Assembly: GCA_035221665.1 (NCBI GenBank)
Contig: CM069154.1
Location: forward strand, 20,522,001-20,586,000
Source: Okamejei kenojei
Taxonomy: Eukaryota
Direction of reading: 5' to 3'
Length of the DNA: 64,000 nucleotides
Part shown: piece by piece, positions 39,420-51,653 of the stretch
How the letters are laid out: every line of letters starts with the position of its first letter
Position numbering within the stretch: the first letter of the stretch is position 1
Notes under the pieces: model-generated
Database searches by the model: none
What the model was told of the DNA's origin: nothing
The model's input: the letters and a program-made list of their open reading frames with translations, nothing else
Translations under genes and position numbers: made by a program

Positions 39420-40020
39420 AGAATGAATCACTTTGTTGTTCTTCATAGATTACTGTCTGTGCACCTTTTCCTGAGCTTGAAACATGCTGACTGGCACTGA
39501 TTTAGATCTTCCATCCACATACTCAGCATCCACTCCACGTGTTCCATTATAGAACTCCAAGCAAAAGAGACGTTTGTTGCACTTGCTGCTGGCCTTAATT
39601 GAGCACTTTTCTTTATCTTCTTAGCATTGTCTCGAATGCCACAAACAGCCCTCTCACTTAACACATTTGATACATGCTCTCCTCCCTGATGATCAAATCT
39701 AATTTCATGTCAATTGTGATTTTGTTTAGTGCTTTTTTAGCTTATGGCTTCCCAGATGAGGCAGATGGATGTTTTCCAGACATGATTGATGGAGGAAAAA
39801 AAAGTTTCACACTAAAAGGATGTGCAAAATACACACACACGGATAGTTGTACTATACAGCACCTTGCCAGGCCACCATAGAAGTACACCACCAGGCGCAA
39901 ATTTGAGTCATTATTTCCATAACATGGGGGTATAAATTAAGCTTTGGTATTAATTAAACTAGCATGTTTTTCCAAAAATGCATAATTCAAACATGTGTAA
40001 AACACAAGGTGCCTGTACTT
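39420..40020 (-). mobile_element. pogo/Tigger-like transposase remnant (CENP-B-type HTH)
   Basis: IKLDLII...AVCGIRDNAKKIKKSA...MEHVEWMLSMWMEDLNQ. Confidence 0.55.
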
Positions 40021-40180
40021 ACAATGTCCTTCAATTCCTCGCTTTCATTGGATCTTAGGTATTTTTGCAATTTTTGTGTCTTCTTCCATGAAGACAAATA
40101 TAACGCATTTATTTAATTCCTCTGCTGATTTCCTATTCTTTAATTCAAATTCTCTTGTCTCAGTTTGTGAAAGGTCATCA

Positions 40181-41450
40181 TGACAAATCGGATTCTTTTT
40201 GTCAGTCTAGTCTCAAGAAAATGACTCAAACACTTGTCTCAGCTTAATACTTCTTTATTGCAGCACTGCGAAAATTTTCTACACCTGCCAACACGAAGCC
40301 AACAGCTCAGGGGCAAGCCGAGAGAACTCGTAACTCCAATACAAAATCAAGGCATTATATAGGTATTAGACAATTATGAAGGCGTGGCAAACTATTAACC
40401 AATCATTATTATTTACCATACATTATCTTATTTGCATTAACCAATCAACTAAGTCCTTCCAGTGATTTACAACAGGTGTAGTCACATGACTTTCCCTGGC
40501 CTCTTTACAACCCTTGCTTGCCTTGTGGTTTTTTACCCTCTTTGTTCAAAATCATTTTATTTCAACGAAGTAAAACCACAGAAAAATAGAATCAATTCTC
40601 GGAGACCACCTCTCAAAATATAATAGACACATAATACAGCAATCACACAATACCTACACACAAAACACATGTTCTCACTTTTGAAAAAGAAAGTTATTAC
40701 TGAAACTACAGATCTAAACAAAGTCTAATATTTACAATCCTATTTAAACACAATACATTTCACAAATGGTTTCACTACAATTTACAAGGTTTAAATACAA
40801 TTACCTATGTATTACAAACATTGTATATAAGTTTGTTTTTTCCTTACAAAGTCAGCAAAGACTTGTAAGTTGTTTCTAATCCCACAATTCCCAACTCGAA
40901 GCATAGAGGGGCCATATAATTGTCACACTTGATTAATGATGTCAAGCTCACATCTAGCTTCATGTTTAGATTCCCTTTCCTCTCCTGCTTCTATCTCATC
41001 TGAGGGCCTCTTTATTGCTCTCTGTATTCCTCACATAACCCTTACAATAGCAAATGGAGAGTTACAGCTGCAGATCACAATCCCCAATGATCCCCAATGA
41101 TCTAAAAACAAAATTGCCTCCTCAACTTTCTATAAACATAAGAAGTCAAACTTATACAAAGGTGACATAACCATCACCCATGTCTTATCTCAACATAAGT
41201 ACATTTAAAACTAAGCACAAGACTGAATCGCAGAATCTATTACCTAGCCTTGCTGTCTCTGACTTAGTATAAACAGCCATAAACCCTAACCTTTATGACA
41301 CACTAGAGCTCAGGAATGTGTCACAGAGAAAGAGCAAATAGGCTGTGACCAAATTATCTTACTGATAAACTAATTTCAAACACAAGATCATACAAAATAC
41401 AACCTCTTTCCACTTCAAGATTCTACAAGATACTTTCCTTACAACTTTGG
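40181..41450 (-). mobile_element. Possible solo LTR / ERV-like AT-rich segment; right boundary uncertain
   Basis: Minus strand ends ...TTTGTCA with AATAAA (~40255), TATATAA (~40357) and two CCAAT motifs upstream; no TSD found. Confidence 0.3.
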
Positions 41451-42289
41451 AACTGTTTCAGAGCATAATCAAAACCTCTATAACAACAGTGAATTCTGTG
41501 CTCGGGCTATGTATGTTTAGATTAACCACCTGTGAATGTAAAAGTCTTTGTACTTTATTTCGGATGGGCCGAAGTGTTTTGAAAGCTCTCTCTCTTACAA
41601 CATGAAAACCAGAAAATTATCTTATAATCTGAGCAGTTCAATTATATAATATTTCCTCAATCGTTTGCCTACGTTTTCTATTTTATACATACAGTCTGTT
41701 AATTTGGCTCTTACCAGTCTACACTCATATTCTATTTTGTCTTTTTCATCAATGTTGAATTCTATTAAGCTCCCAACTCACGGGCCTATGGCTATTTCTG
41801 CAACTTTATAAATTTCTACACTTTACCCACACATACCTATACCACCCATTAAAGCTTTGAGTCATCGGCAAAGTTAGAGATATTACATTTGGTTCTCTCA
41901 CCTAAATAAATGGATTAGTTCCCAGCACTGATCATTCCCCTACCCCATTGGTCACGGTCTGCCATCTGGTCCAAAATCTGTTCATTCCAACAGTTTTTTT
42001 CTTTCCTGCAGTTCTCAACCCATCCAAACCATCTGCTTTAATTTTGCTCACTTACAATTTTTTCCAGGTCTTCATTAAAAGCTTTTGGACAATTCAATAC
42101 ACCCGTCCACTGGTCACCCCTGATCTTTTCTACCAGTTGTCTCCTTAAAAACTCCAGTTGATTTGTTAAGCATGATTTTTCCTTTTTAAGCACATGATGA
42201 CTGTGACTAACCCTGTTCGATTCCAGCATTTTCCCCTTTACTGATGGTAGGCTCACTAATATGATTCCTTGTTAATTTTCTCTGCTCTT

Positions 42290-44600
42290 TACTCGTACTG
42301 ATTTCTGTCAGATACTTGGTGGAATGGGAATATCTCTTCAAATTATTGCAAACATTTCAAATGGGAGAGAATTTTATCTTATGGGTAAAATTATTATATG
42401 ACAAGTCGACTGTAGAATACTGACTAATAATATACTCTCTTCGAAATTTAAACTATCCAGGGGCAATAGACAGGGATGTGTACTATCACCCCCTGCTATT
42501 TGCTCTTGTGATGGAACCCTTAGCAGAAAGTATAAGAATGCATCTGAACATCCATGGTTATAATACAAAACATTCAAATAAAAAAATATCACTATATGCA
42601 GATGACGTATTATTATATATTACAAAATCACAAATCAGCATACCAAATATATTAAATTTAATAGAGGAATTTGGATCATTTTTAGGAGATAGAATAAATT
42701 GGAATAAAAGTGAAATTATTACGATAAAACCTCAAGAACCGACACACCTTTTAAAATTCTCCTTTAGAATTGCTACAGAAAAATTTAAATATCTGGGTAT
42801 TCAAATTACTAGAAAATATAAATCTTTATTCAATGCAAACTATATGCCCATACTTACTAAATTAAATGCTTTGATTAAATTTTGGAAAACACTACAGATG
42901 TCTTTAATAGGCAGAATAAATGCCATAAAAATGATTTTTCTGCCACAAATCTTATATTTATTTCAATCAATACCAATATATATACCTAAAAATGTTTTTT
43001 AAAAACTTGACTCTGATATCACAAATTTCATATGGGACTATAAGTCCCATAGAATTCAAAGCAGACACCTGTGTAAACCGAACAATTCGGCGGACTGGCA
43101 CTACCTAACTTTCTGTACTATCACTGGGCAATGAATATTAAATATATAATTTACTTGTTGGACAATTCTGCCCAACAGGTAGATTGAATAGCAATGCAGA
43201 GAGAGAGGACTGCTTTCCTTTTAATATAGGAGTGATCCTTCTCTCACCCATAACACTGAATAATACAATATACAAGAAAAATCCAATTATTCATAGTACA
43301 ATACGAACGTGGAAACAAATAAACTTAACTTTCAAATTAAGAAATCTATCGCGTCTCTCTCCTATTGTTAATAATCCGTCATTTAAACCATCTATTATCG
43401 ATAAAACGTTTACACACTGGGAAAGAATAGGAATTAAAACCTATTATCATTCCAACAGCTACAACTTAAATATTACCTGAAAAGTAATCAGCACTTTAAA
43501 TATCTTCAAATATGTGACTACTTGAAAAAACATACAAAAGAACATAAAACTTTGACTTCAGATATACTAGATGAAGCTATGAACAGGAAGGCAGATTCTA
43601 CTAATTTAATATCATATTTGTATAATATAATTTTAAACATAGAGATACCACCATCTGATGCAATCAGAAGAGACTGGGAACAAGAATTATCTATAAATAT
43701 CTCGAAAGACAGATGGGATAAATATTTGCTATATGTACATAAATGCTCAATAAATGTAATACAGACCTTAATTCAATTTAAAATTCTACATAGATTATAT
43801 TACTCAAAAACTAAATTGAATAAAATATTTCCAAATGTCTCACCCATCTGTGATAAATGCTTATCTCAAGATGCAACTATAGCACACTCGTTTGTCTTTT
43901 TCCATAAAACTTCAGAAGTTTTGGACTGACATTTTCGAAATTTTTACAAAAGTATTTAAAACAGAAATGAACCCCAACGCAGAATTGATTATCTTTGGAA
44001 CAATGGAGACCGGCTCTGAGCTGACTTCGTTCCAAGAGTGTTTCCTTAAAATGGCTTAATAACGGCAAAAAAACGTATATTAAAATTCTGTAAAAATGCA
44101 CCAACACCAACGCTTAAAATGTGGATTTCAAACATGTCTGAATTGTTACACCTAGAAGATATGAGATTCGTCCTAGCAGGCAAATCAGACCAATTCTTAA
44201 AGATTTGGTCTCCCTTTATCGATTTATTACAAGCATATGGTGCAACATAATCCTGAAAATAAACTGTTTCAGAACCAGGTGAGGGGTGCGCAAAGATACA
44301 AAGTTTATTTTCTAGTTATTATCTTCCAGTTTATTTTCCTTTTATTATCTTTCTTGCTTTACTTTCTTGTTAATTTTTTTTTAAATATCTCTCCTCCTTT
44401 CTCTCTTTTTCTTGTACTTTTCACGAACTATCACTTTCACCACCTTACCTAACTTTCTTTTTCTCTCTTTTTGCTTATATTACTTTTCTATTATTAAAAT
44501 CAAAAACAAGTTGTATATGAAATGTATCATATCATTCTTAATGTACCCTATTGTATATGACTTCTAATAAAAATATTATAGGAAAAAAAAAAATAATAAT
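42290..44600 (+). mobile_element. 5'-truncated L1-clade LINE with poly(A) tail, antisense to and just 3' of gene B
   Basis: RGNRQGC.LSPLLFAL.MEPLAE, ISLYADD, FKYLGI, QFKILHRLY...CDKC; T-rich 3' UTR, AATAAA, A-tail ~44583-44600. Confidence 0.9.
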
Positions 44601-44970
44601 AATTGTTCTGTCATTGCATTGTTCCCAATTAGAATCATCCTGGATTCCAGTCATGGGGGACAAGGATCTGTTTTCACAGTTCTTGAACAGTTTAGCCTGG
44701 TGCAGTCCCACAGTTGTGCACACACACTAACCACAGGTGATCACTTTTCCCAACTGTGTGTCCCAAGATCCCACCCTTACCCTCCCCACCCATCCTTCCC
44801 CACCCATCCCACCTCCACCCTTACTACTGTACCTCTCCCACCTATCCACACCCACTGCTGCTGATGGGCTGAGATTAGTGGGATCCCCTCCATCCCCATA
44901 CCACAGGAACATCTGTCCTGAGATAAGTACATGCCCTTTGATCCAGGGTGGAGTATGGTCATCTCCTGAC

Positions 44971-45189
44971 CTATAAAGGGTGGGATTTTCCATGGGCTCG
45001 TCCTCTACCCTTGATTGAGGCAAAGTGTGGGATCCCAGAATAATTCACTGTTTCATACTCTTGGATCATGCTCTCGCTGGGGTTTCTGTGCCCTCCTCTT
45101 TTGGCTGGTCCAGAAACTGGCGTCACAGGAGATTTCACTGTGTCATATATGGTGCAAGGAATTTCCAGCCTCTCCTTGTTCTGAGCCTG
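44971..45189 (-). CDS. Gene B terminal cytoplasmic exon with ITSM
   Basis: Acceptor CTCTCTCTGCTTTCTCAG|CAG (NAGNAG); phase 0; QAQNKERLEIPCTIYDTVKSPVTP...MIQEYETVNYSGIPHF...SHPL*; TIYDTV at 45136-45153. Confidence 0.85.
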   Translation of the reverse strand, partial: QAQNKERLEIPCTIYDTVKSPVTPVSGPAKRGGHRNPSESMIQEYETVNYSGIPHFASIKGRGRAHGKSHPL

Positions 45190-45679
45190 CTGAGAAAGCA
45201 GAGAGAGTTCAGATGATTAGAGTTTATAAATTATGAGAGCCTTAGATAAGACAGGCCGTCAGAACCTTTCTCCCAGGGTGGAAATGTTAAAGATTAGAGG
45301 GCATAACTTTAAGGTTAGCCGACTCAAGTGTTTAATTGTCATATGTATTGAAAACAGAAGAATGAAATTCTTATTTGGAAGGGCAGATTTTAAAGGAGAT
45401 GTGCGGGACAATTATTTTACTCAGCGATGCTGGGTGCCAGTAATGCCCCAACAGGCGTGGTGGTGGAGACTGATCTATAGTGGCATTTAAGAGGCTTTTG
45501 GACAAGCACATAATTATGGAGGGATGTGGATAACATTCAAGCAGAGAAGATTAGTTTAACGTGGCGGCATGTTCAGTGTTGATATTGTGGGCTGCAGGGA
45601 GCTTGTTTCTATATGCACTGTTCTATATTATCCTTAGTCACCTATTGTTTGGGCAAATTCATGAAGGTGCAAACACTAA

Positions 45680-45840
45680 CTAGGTGTGTGGGGGTACACA
45701 GTGTACCCCAGTAACTGGGTGTGTGAGGTCAATGTACCCCAGTAACTGTGTGTTGAGACAGGGTACCCCAGTGACTGGGTGTGTGGAGACAGTCTACCCC
45801 AGTCACTGGGGATTGGGGGGGGGCAGTGTATTACCAGTGA
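45680..45840. repeat. ~30-bp minisatellite
   Basis: Repeating (c)agggtaccccagt(a/g)actgggtgtgtg... Confidence 0.7.
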
Positions 45841-46141
45841 GAGTGGAGATGGGTGAAGCGGCATCTCCTGTCAAACCTGAAGTGAATGTTGCTGAGATAA
45901 TTTTCAGTTTGATCGGGAGTTTTTTCATTGAGTGCTTGGGATATTTTTGTGCCTTTTCATTGCTTTGAACTGTGGCAGAGTTCGGTGAGAGCTTACTCAG
46001 CTGTGATTTCTAGTTCAGTGTGAGGTTGTGTTGTGCCTATATGGGATTCTGTGTCCTGCCTGCTGCAGAGATAGTAAGGATGGCCCCAGAGAACTGAGGG
46101 GTTCAGATCGCTCATCCCTGAGGCAATATGTGTCCCTTTAC

Positions 46142-46230
46142 CATCTCGTTCTCCTCCCGAGGCTGCCTGTTGTCTGGATGTCTCTGTGGTGGATGGGGTT
46201 GTGCGTAGATAGTCTCTATGGTTGAATGGT
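46142..46230 (-). CDS. Gene B cytoplasmic exon with ITSM-like TIYAQP
   Basis: Acceptor CTTCTTACTCTCCCCCACAG, donor ATG|GTAAAG; 89 nt, phase 1 to 0; DHSTIETIYAQPHPPQRHPDNRQPREENEM. Confidence 0.8.
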
Positions 46231-46680
46231 CTGTGGGGGAGAGTAAGAAGGATGAGTACCTGCCCCCACCACGCATCATCTCCTTTCCATCCCAGTCACT
46301 TTAACTCTCTTCCCTGTCAACCATTCTACCTCGCCCCTCCTCACCCTTTGCCCCTCCCGATCTACCTTCTGATCAACCCTATCCCTCCCACCTTTGTACC
46401 TCCTTCCCTCCTGATACTGTCCCCTTCCCCTACCTACAATCAGCCCTCATGCTCTGACTCCTTTCTCGTTCCAACCTTCATATTTCTCTGTTCTCAAGTC
46501 TCTACCCCTTTTACCCACTATTCCCTCCTCTCACCGCGTCCTCTTGTCCCTGAGTGCACTTTTTCCATTCCATCCTCTGTCCTCTCCTGCCCCAATTCAT
46601 CATCTCCCATCTAGCACCATGTGCAGTCTTTCCTGGGACTGTGACCACTCGGGCTCATGGGCTGGGTATCAGATACTTGC

Positions 46681-46818
46681 CTCCAGTGACTAGAGCATTT
46701 TCACCGCCTCCTGTTCTTCTCCCTACGAAGATGCAGACCAGCAAAATGATGAGTACAGCTGCAGAAGCCGCAACAACCGAAATAATTATAATTATATTCC
46801 CTGTTGGTCCCCTTTGTC
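46681..46818 (-). CDS. Gene B transmembrane exon
   Basis: Acceptor TTCTCTGTTGTTTTAG; GQRGPTGNIIIIISVVAASAAVLIILLVCIFVGRRTGG...; donor AG|GCAAGT after 46681, or GT alternative ending at 46705; both phase 1. Confidence 0.85.
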
Positions 46819-47631
46819 CTAAAACAACAGAGAAGTCAAAATGTAATGATTCCATTTCCATTCTAGCTCACCGACTGACAGAGAATTGATGGGATCCATC
46901 TATCCACATGGGTTTTGATGAAGCCCTCCATTAATAAAGTTTTGGTACCGTCAGTCCTCCCTCTATTCATTCCTCAAAAAATTCCCCTCCATCCCCGCAT
47001 GGAATCCAAGGTGAGCTACCTAATTGGATCCAAAATTAGCTTGGTGATGGAAGGCAAAGGGTAGAGGTGGAAGAATGTTTTTTTGATAGGATGTATTTGA
47101 CTAGTGGTGCACCATAAAGGTGAAAGAAGATGTTGGTTTACAAAAAAAAGATACAATGTGTTGGAATAACTCAGTGGGTCAGGTGGCATCTCTGGAGAAC
47201 GTAGATAGGTAATGTTTCGGGTCAGAACCCTTCTTCGGACTGGGGGAGGGGCGCATGGGGAATGCTGGATGAGTGCAGGGCAAAGCCCGGCAAATGATAG
47301 GTAGAAACAGGAAAGGGGGAGGGGTTGATAGGCAGAAAGTTGGGCAAAATCCAGCGATGAAAAGACAAAAGGTGTGAGATAAGGATAGAAGATAGACTTT
47401 ATTTTACTTCGGAGTCACATGAGTGACTACGTGAAGAAGGCCGTCCCCATGCATGCGTGTCATTACGTCTGACGCATTGCGCAACTACCGACTGGCAGGC
47501 GCGTCGATCCTTCCAGCGGGTAATTTTAAAAGATCCAGGTAAGTGTTTTTTCAAACAGCTTTGGCTGAAATTGTTGCTCCCGGTCCGGAGTGCGTTTATT
47601 CAAGAATACTTGAATTGTGAATTGTGCAAAT

Positions 47632-48794
47632 ATGTCCAAGGTGAAGAGGCGAGCCGCGACCAAAACGGATGTGGAAGACCACGGGCCTGCAGGCAGCATG
47701 CGACTGCCGAATTCACCTATAGAGCCGCTGGCAGAGCAGCCAGCAGCCACAGACTTGGTGCGGCCAGAAGGCATCTTGGCTACTCCACGGGGAAGAAAGC
47801 CACAAGAAAGTCTGTAAGGGCCCTGAACTCTGAGGAGTCGGGCCAGGAGGTGGACGAGTTCCCTCCTACGGGCAGTGTTACCGGCAGGCTGGCCCAGCTG
47901 GAGAGCCTTGTGGAGCGGTTACTCCAGCACGGTACGCTCCAGAGGAAGGAGCTATCAGAGCCCGGGGAGTTTATTGAACCCGAGGCAGCAGCGCCTGTGT
48001 CAGGGCTGCATGATATCTCCCTGTCAGATGACGGGAGCGTACGAGGTCAGTGCTATGCTGACCCAGAGTACGGAGGCACAGTTGGGCTAGAGGGACCATC
48101 AGGTGTATTGTCCATAGCATCCAGATTTGCAGTCCCAACCCTCACCGGCGAGCCATTGGACACAGAGCTCGCCGAGAATATTAATTATATGGATTCCCAT
48201 CCTCTGCAAGAACAGACGATGGAGGAGACCACTGCCAGGTACACTACTCCACAGAACTGTGCCTCACTGAGTGTCCCCATAGTAAACCGATCTATATGGG
48301 GGCACATTGGAGGGGGCGTCAGAGCCCAGGAGATAAAATTGCAGAAAGTACTCCGGCTACTTGCCTCGGGCATCACGGCCTTTGCAAGGTCAGTGGAGGG
48401 GACACCTCTCTCAGAGTCTCAGGTGGATGCGATGGCATTAATGTGCAATGCACATTTTGATATTAATTGTATAAGGAAAAATGCCATCCATCCTGCCATT
48501 AACCCTAAATTTGCTGGACTTTGAAAACCGGGGACTGTTCAACCCCCAGACCTATTCGGAGAAAACCTGAGAAAACAGGTGAAAGAATTGGACAAAGAGT
48601 CTAAGACTGTTGGGCTCATGAAGGTGCCTCCGAAGGGGTCGTCTTTTCGCAGACTGTACCCCTACCCTCATGTGCATGCCAAACGGATCACTGGCTATGG
48701 TGGACGTGGTGTGGAGCAACCTACAGAGAGGCCTTTTTTAGGGCAGGGCCCGAGCCGGGCCATGTTGAAGATGCAGAAGCAGCGTAAATCCTAA
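47632..48794 (+). pseudogene. DIRS ORF1 (gag-like), frameshifted and with stops
   Basis: MSKVKRR...; PQNCASLSVPIVNRSIW...KLQKV...IRKNAIHPAINPKFAGL. Confidence 0.7.
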
Positions 48795-49436
48795 GGTAGG
48801 TGCGACTGCAATGGATACATTACAAGTTGGGGGGAGATTGCAATTTTTCTTACATGAATGGCAGTGGATAACATCTAACCCATTTATACTGCATAGTATT
48901 CAAGGTTTTCAAATTGAGTTCTTTTCCGACTTGCCTCCACCTACTCAGCATACACCTGGCTGTACTCTTGTGTTCTCACAACAGGAGTGTATTAGTGCAC
49001 AAAAAGAGCTAGACTTTTTGTTCAAAAAAGGTGTAATTGAAAGGGCAAGGTGTGAGTCTTATCAATATGTGTCCAATATCTTTATGAGGCCAAAAAAGAA
49101 TGGAGGATGTAGAATTATTCTAGATTTGACAGAGCTTAACACATTTGTGCAGTATAAACATTTCAAGATGGAAATGTTTGTTACAGCTAAACAACTGCTT
49201 TACAGGGGATGTTATATGGCAAGCATTGACCTCAAAGATGCTTACTATTCAGTGGCCATTCATGAGCAGCATAGACATTTTTTGAAGTTTAACTGGATGG
49301 ATCAGTTCTGGCAGTTTAAAGCTTTGCCTAACGGATTAACTTTGGCTCCCAGACTATTCACAAAATTGCTCAAACCAGTTCTGGGGTTACTCAGAGCACA
49401 AAATCATATTGTCATTGCATATTTGGACGACATTTT

Positions 49437-50429
49437 CTTCTTCTCCTTCTTCTTGTAGGATTCCGGCAGTGTAGACGCTGCTAAGCGTATTACTGCCCTC
49501 CACAGGTCAAAGTTTGAACTAGATTCTTACATACAGCCCTGTAACATGCAGGAATTGAAGAACAGCCCTGGACATCAGTTGATGTTTCTCACTGTGCCCA
49601 AACAAAGATAAAACAGAAAAAGCCTCAACTCCAAGTCCTGTCAGTCTAACAAACAATACCTTTCTTTCTACCCTATACTTTTTACATTCTAGGAAAACAT
49701 GCTTAACTGTCTCATTACTCCCACATTCACACAAGCCAGAAACATGTTTCCCCACAATGCACAAATAGTAATTTAACCTACAGTGTCCCAACCTCAATCT
49801 ACACAGTTTAACTGAGTCCCTATGGGACAGAGATGTACAGACATATTTTCCTAACTTCAGATTGTATAGAAAAGTAGTGTCTACCCCTGACTTCCTTTTC
49901 CCATCCTCTCTGTCATTCTTTTGTTAAGCCCTCTTTAATTATTTCTCTCAGTTCCACTCTCACCAATGATACATGGATATCTATTTCTCTTCTTAAACTC
50001 TCCTTTGCTATGAGGTCCACCTGCTCATTCCCCCTCACCCCAGCATGCCCGGGAACCCAGCAAAAAGTGATGTTACACGCAAACCCAATTCTAGAAAACA
50101 CAATCAAGATTTCATTTAGAATGTCAGGACGAGCTTTAGATTTCCCTACTCTTAAAATTTCAAGAGCAGCTGCAGAATCAGAACAGATAATGACTTCTCT
50201 AAAACTGGCTTCCTCAATCCACCATAGAGCCCATTGAATTGCCATTAATTCAGTCGTGAGAACAGAGCTTCCATCAGAAATGCGTTGGCCAATCTTCAAC
50301 CCAAGCTGCTCCAAATACACTCCAAACCCAGCTCTCCCACTAACTGGATCTTTAGATCCATCTGTAAATACAATCAAAGTGCTCTCACTGATTGAATTAA
50401 GAATGGGAATAACGCCGCCAGATCGCTAA
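49437..50429 (-). mobile_element. 5'-truncated RNase H-encoding LINE (I/Nimb clade) inserted into the DIRS RT
   Basis: VFTDGSKDP...ELMAI...ICSDS...WVPGHAGVRGNEQVD; RLRLGH...CECG..ETVKHVFLEC zinc knuckle; (GAA)n tail; 12-bp TSD ggacgacatttt / ggatgacatttt. Confidence 0.9.
50403..50428 (-). other. 26-nt probable 18S rRNA fragment at the LINE 5' junction
   Basis: TAGCGATCTGGCGGCGTTATTCCCAT matches the vertebrate 18S segment recalled as (T)AGCGATCCGGCGGCGTTATTCCCATGACCC with one CpG-type mismatch (from memory, not searched). Confidence 0.7.
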
Positions 50430-51653
50430 GGATGACATTTTAGTCATTGGGAGGACTTTTGAATTAGCTGAATTATCTGTGTCAGCTACAAAACTCGTTT
50501 TCAAAACGATTGGATTAATTATCCATCCAGTTAAGTCTAAATTGGTGCCATCTAAGATAATTGACTATTTGGGGTTCACCATTAACTCAGTACACATGTC
50601 AGTGACTCTGCCTCAGGGCAAGCAATTAGACTTAATTGAAGCCTGCAGGAAACTCATTGTTGATAATCACCCTTCTATTAGACATGTGGCTCAGGTAATT
50701 GGAAAATTAGTGGCAGCATTCCCAGCTGCTCAATTCGGGCCTTTGCATTACCAAAATTTACAGTGTGCAAAGGAACAGGCACTTAAGCTTCAGAGAGGTC
50801 ATTTCGATAGACGCATGCAGTTTTCAGCTGACGCTCTAACTGAGTTACAATGGTGGATAGCCAATATTCAGTGCTGCTCTGGTACTATTCTAGTCAATAC
50901 ACCATTAGTTATCCTGAAGACTGATGCCAGTGCACTAGGTTGGGGTGCTACTGATACTGTCTCAAGCTGCGGTGGCAGATGGGATCTGCAGGAAGCATCC
51001 ATGCTTCAATCAAATGGCATTAACTATTTGGAGTTGTTGGGTAAACTCTATGGGTTAAAGGCTTTTTGTACCAACAGGCATCATGTGCATGTCCAACTTC
51101 AGATTGGCAATACTTCTGCGGTAGCATACATTAATCACATGGGTGGCAGTAAGTCTGTATCCTGTGATAGGTTGTCCAATCTTGTCTGGCACTGGTGTTT
51201 TGCAAGAAACATCTGGATTTCAGCTATCTATTTACCAGGAAGGTATAACACAATGGCAGACACCAGGTCACGAGAGTTCAATGATAACAAAGAATGGATG
51301 TTAAATCACGAAGTGTTCAATGATATTGTCCTTCATTATGATGTGCCGGATATTGATCCGTTTGCTTCCCGGCTTAATCATCATTGCCAATTTATGTGTC
51401 ATGGGAGCCAGACCCAGGGGCAGTAGCGGTGGATGCATTTTCGCTACATTTGTGTGATAAATTTGTGTATGTATTTCCCCCATTCTGCCTCATTACTCGA
51501 TGTGTGGCAAAAATCCAGCAAGATTCCGCCAGTGGTATACTGGTAGTGCCAGACTGGCCTACTCAGCATTGGTTGCCTCTGGTGCTAGCCTTAATCACAC
51601 AGCCTTTTACAGTAGTGCCCAAGAGCAGAAATCTGCTGGTACATCCAGTGACA

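Noticed and set aside
45680-45840. CRISPR-like array (also 1092-1232)
   Set aside because: Head-to-tail minisatellites with no unique spacers, in a vertebrate context with no cas genes
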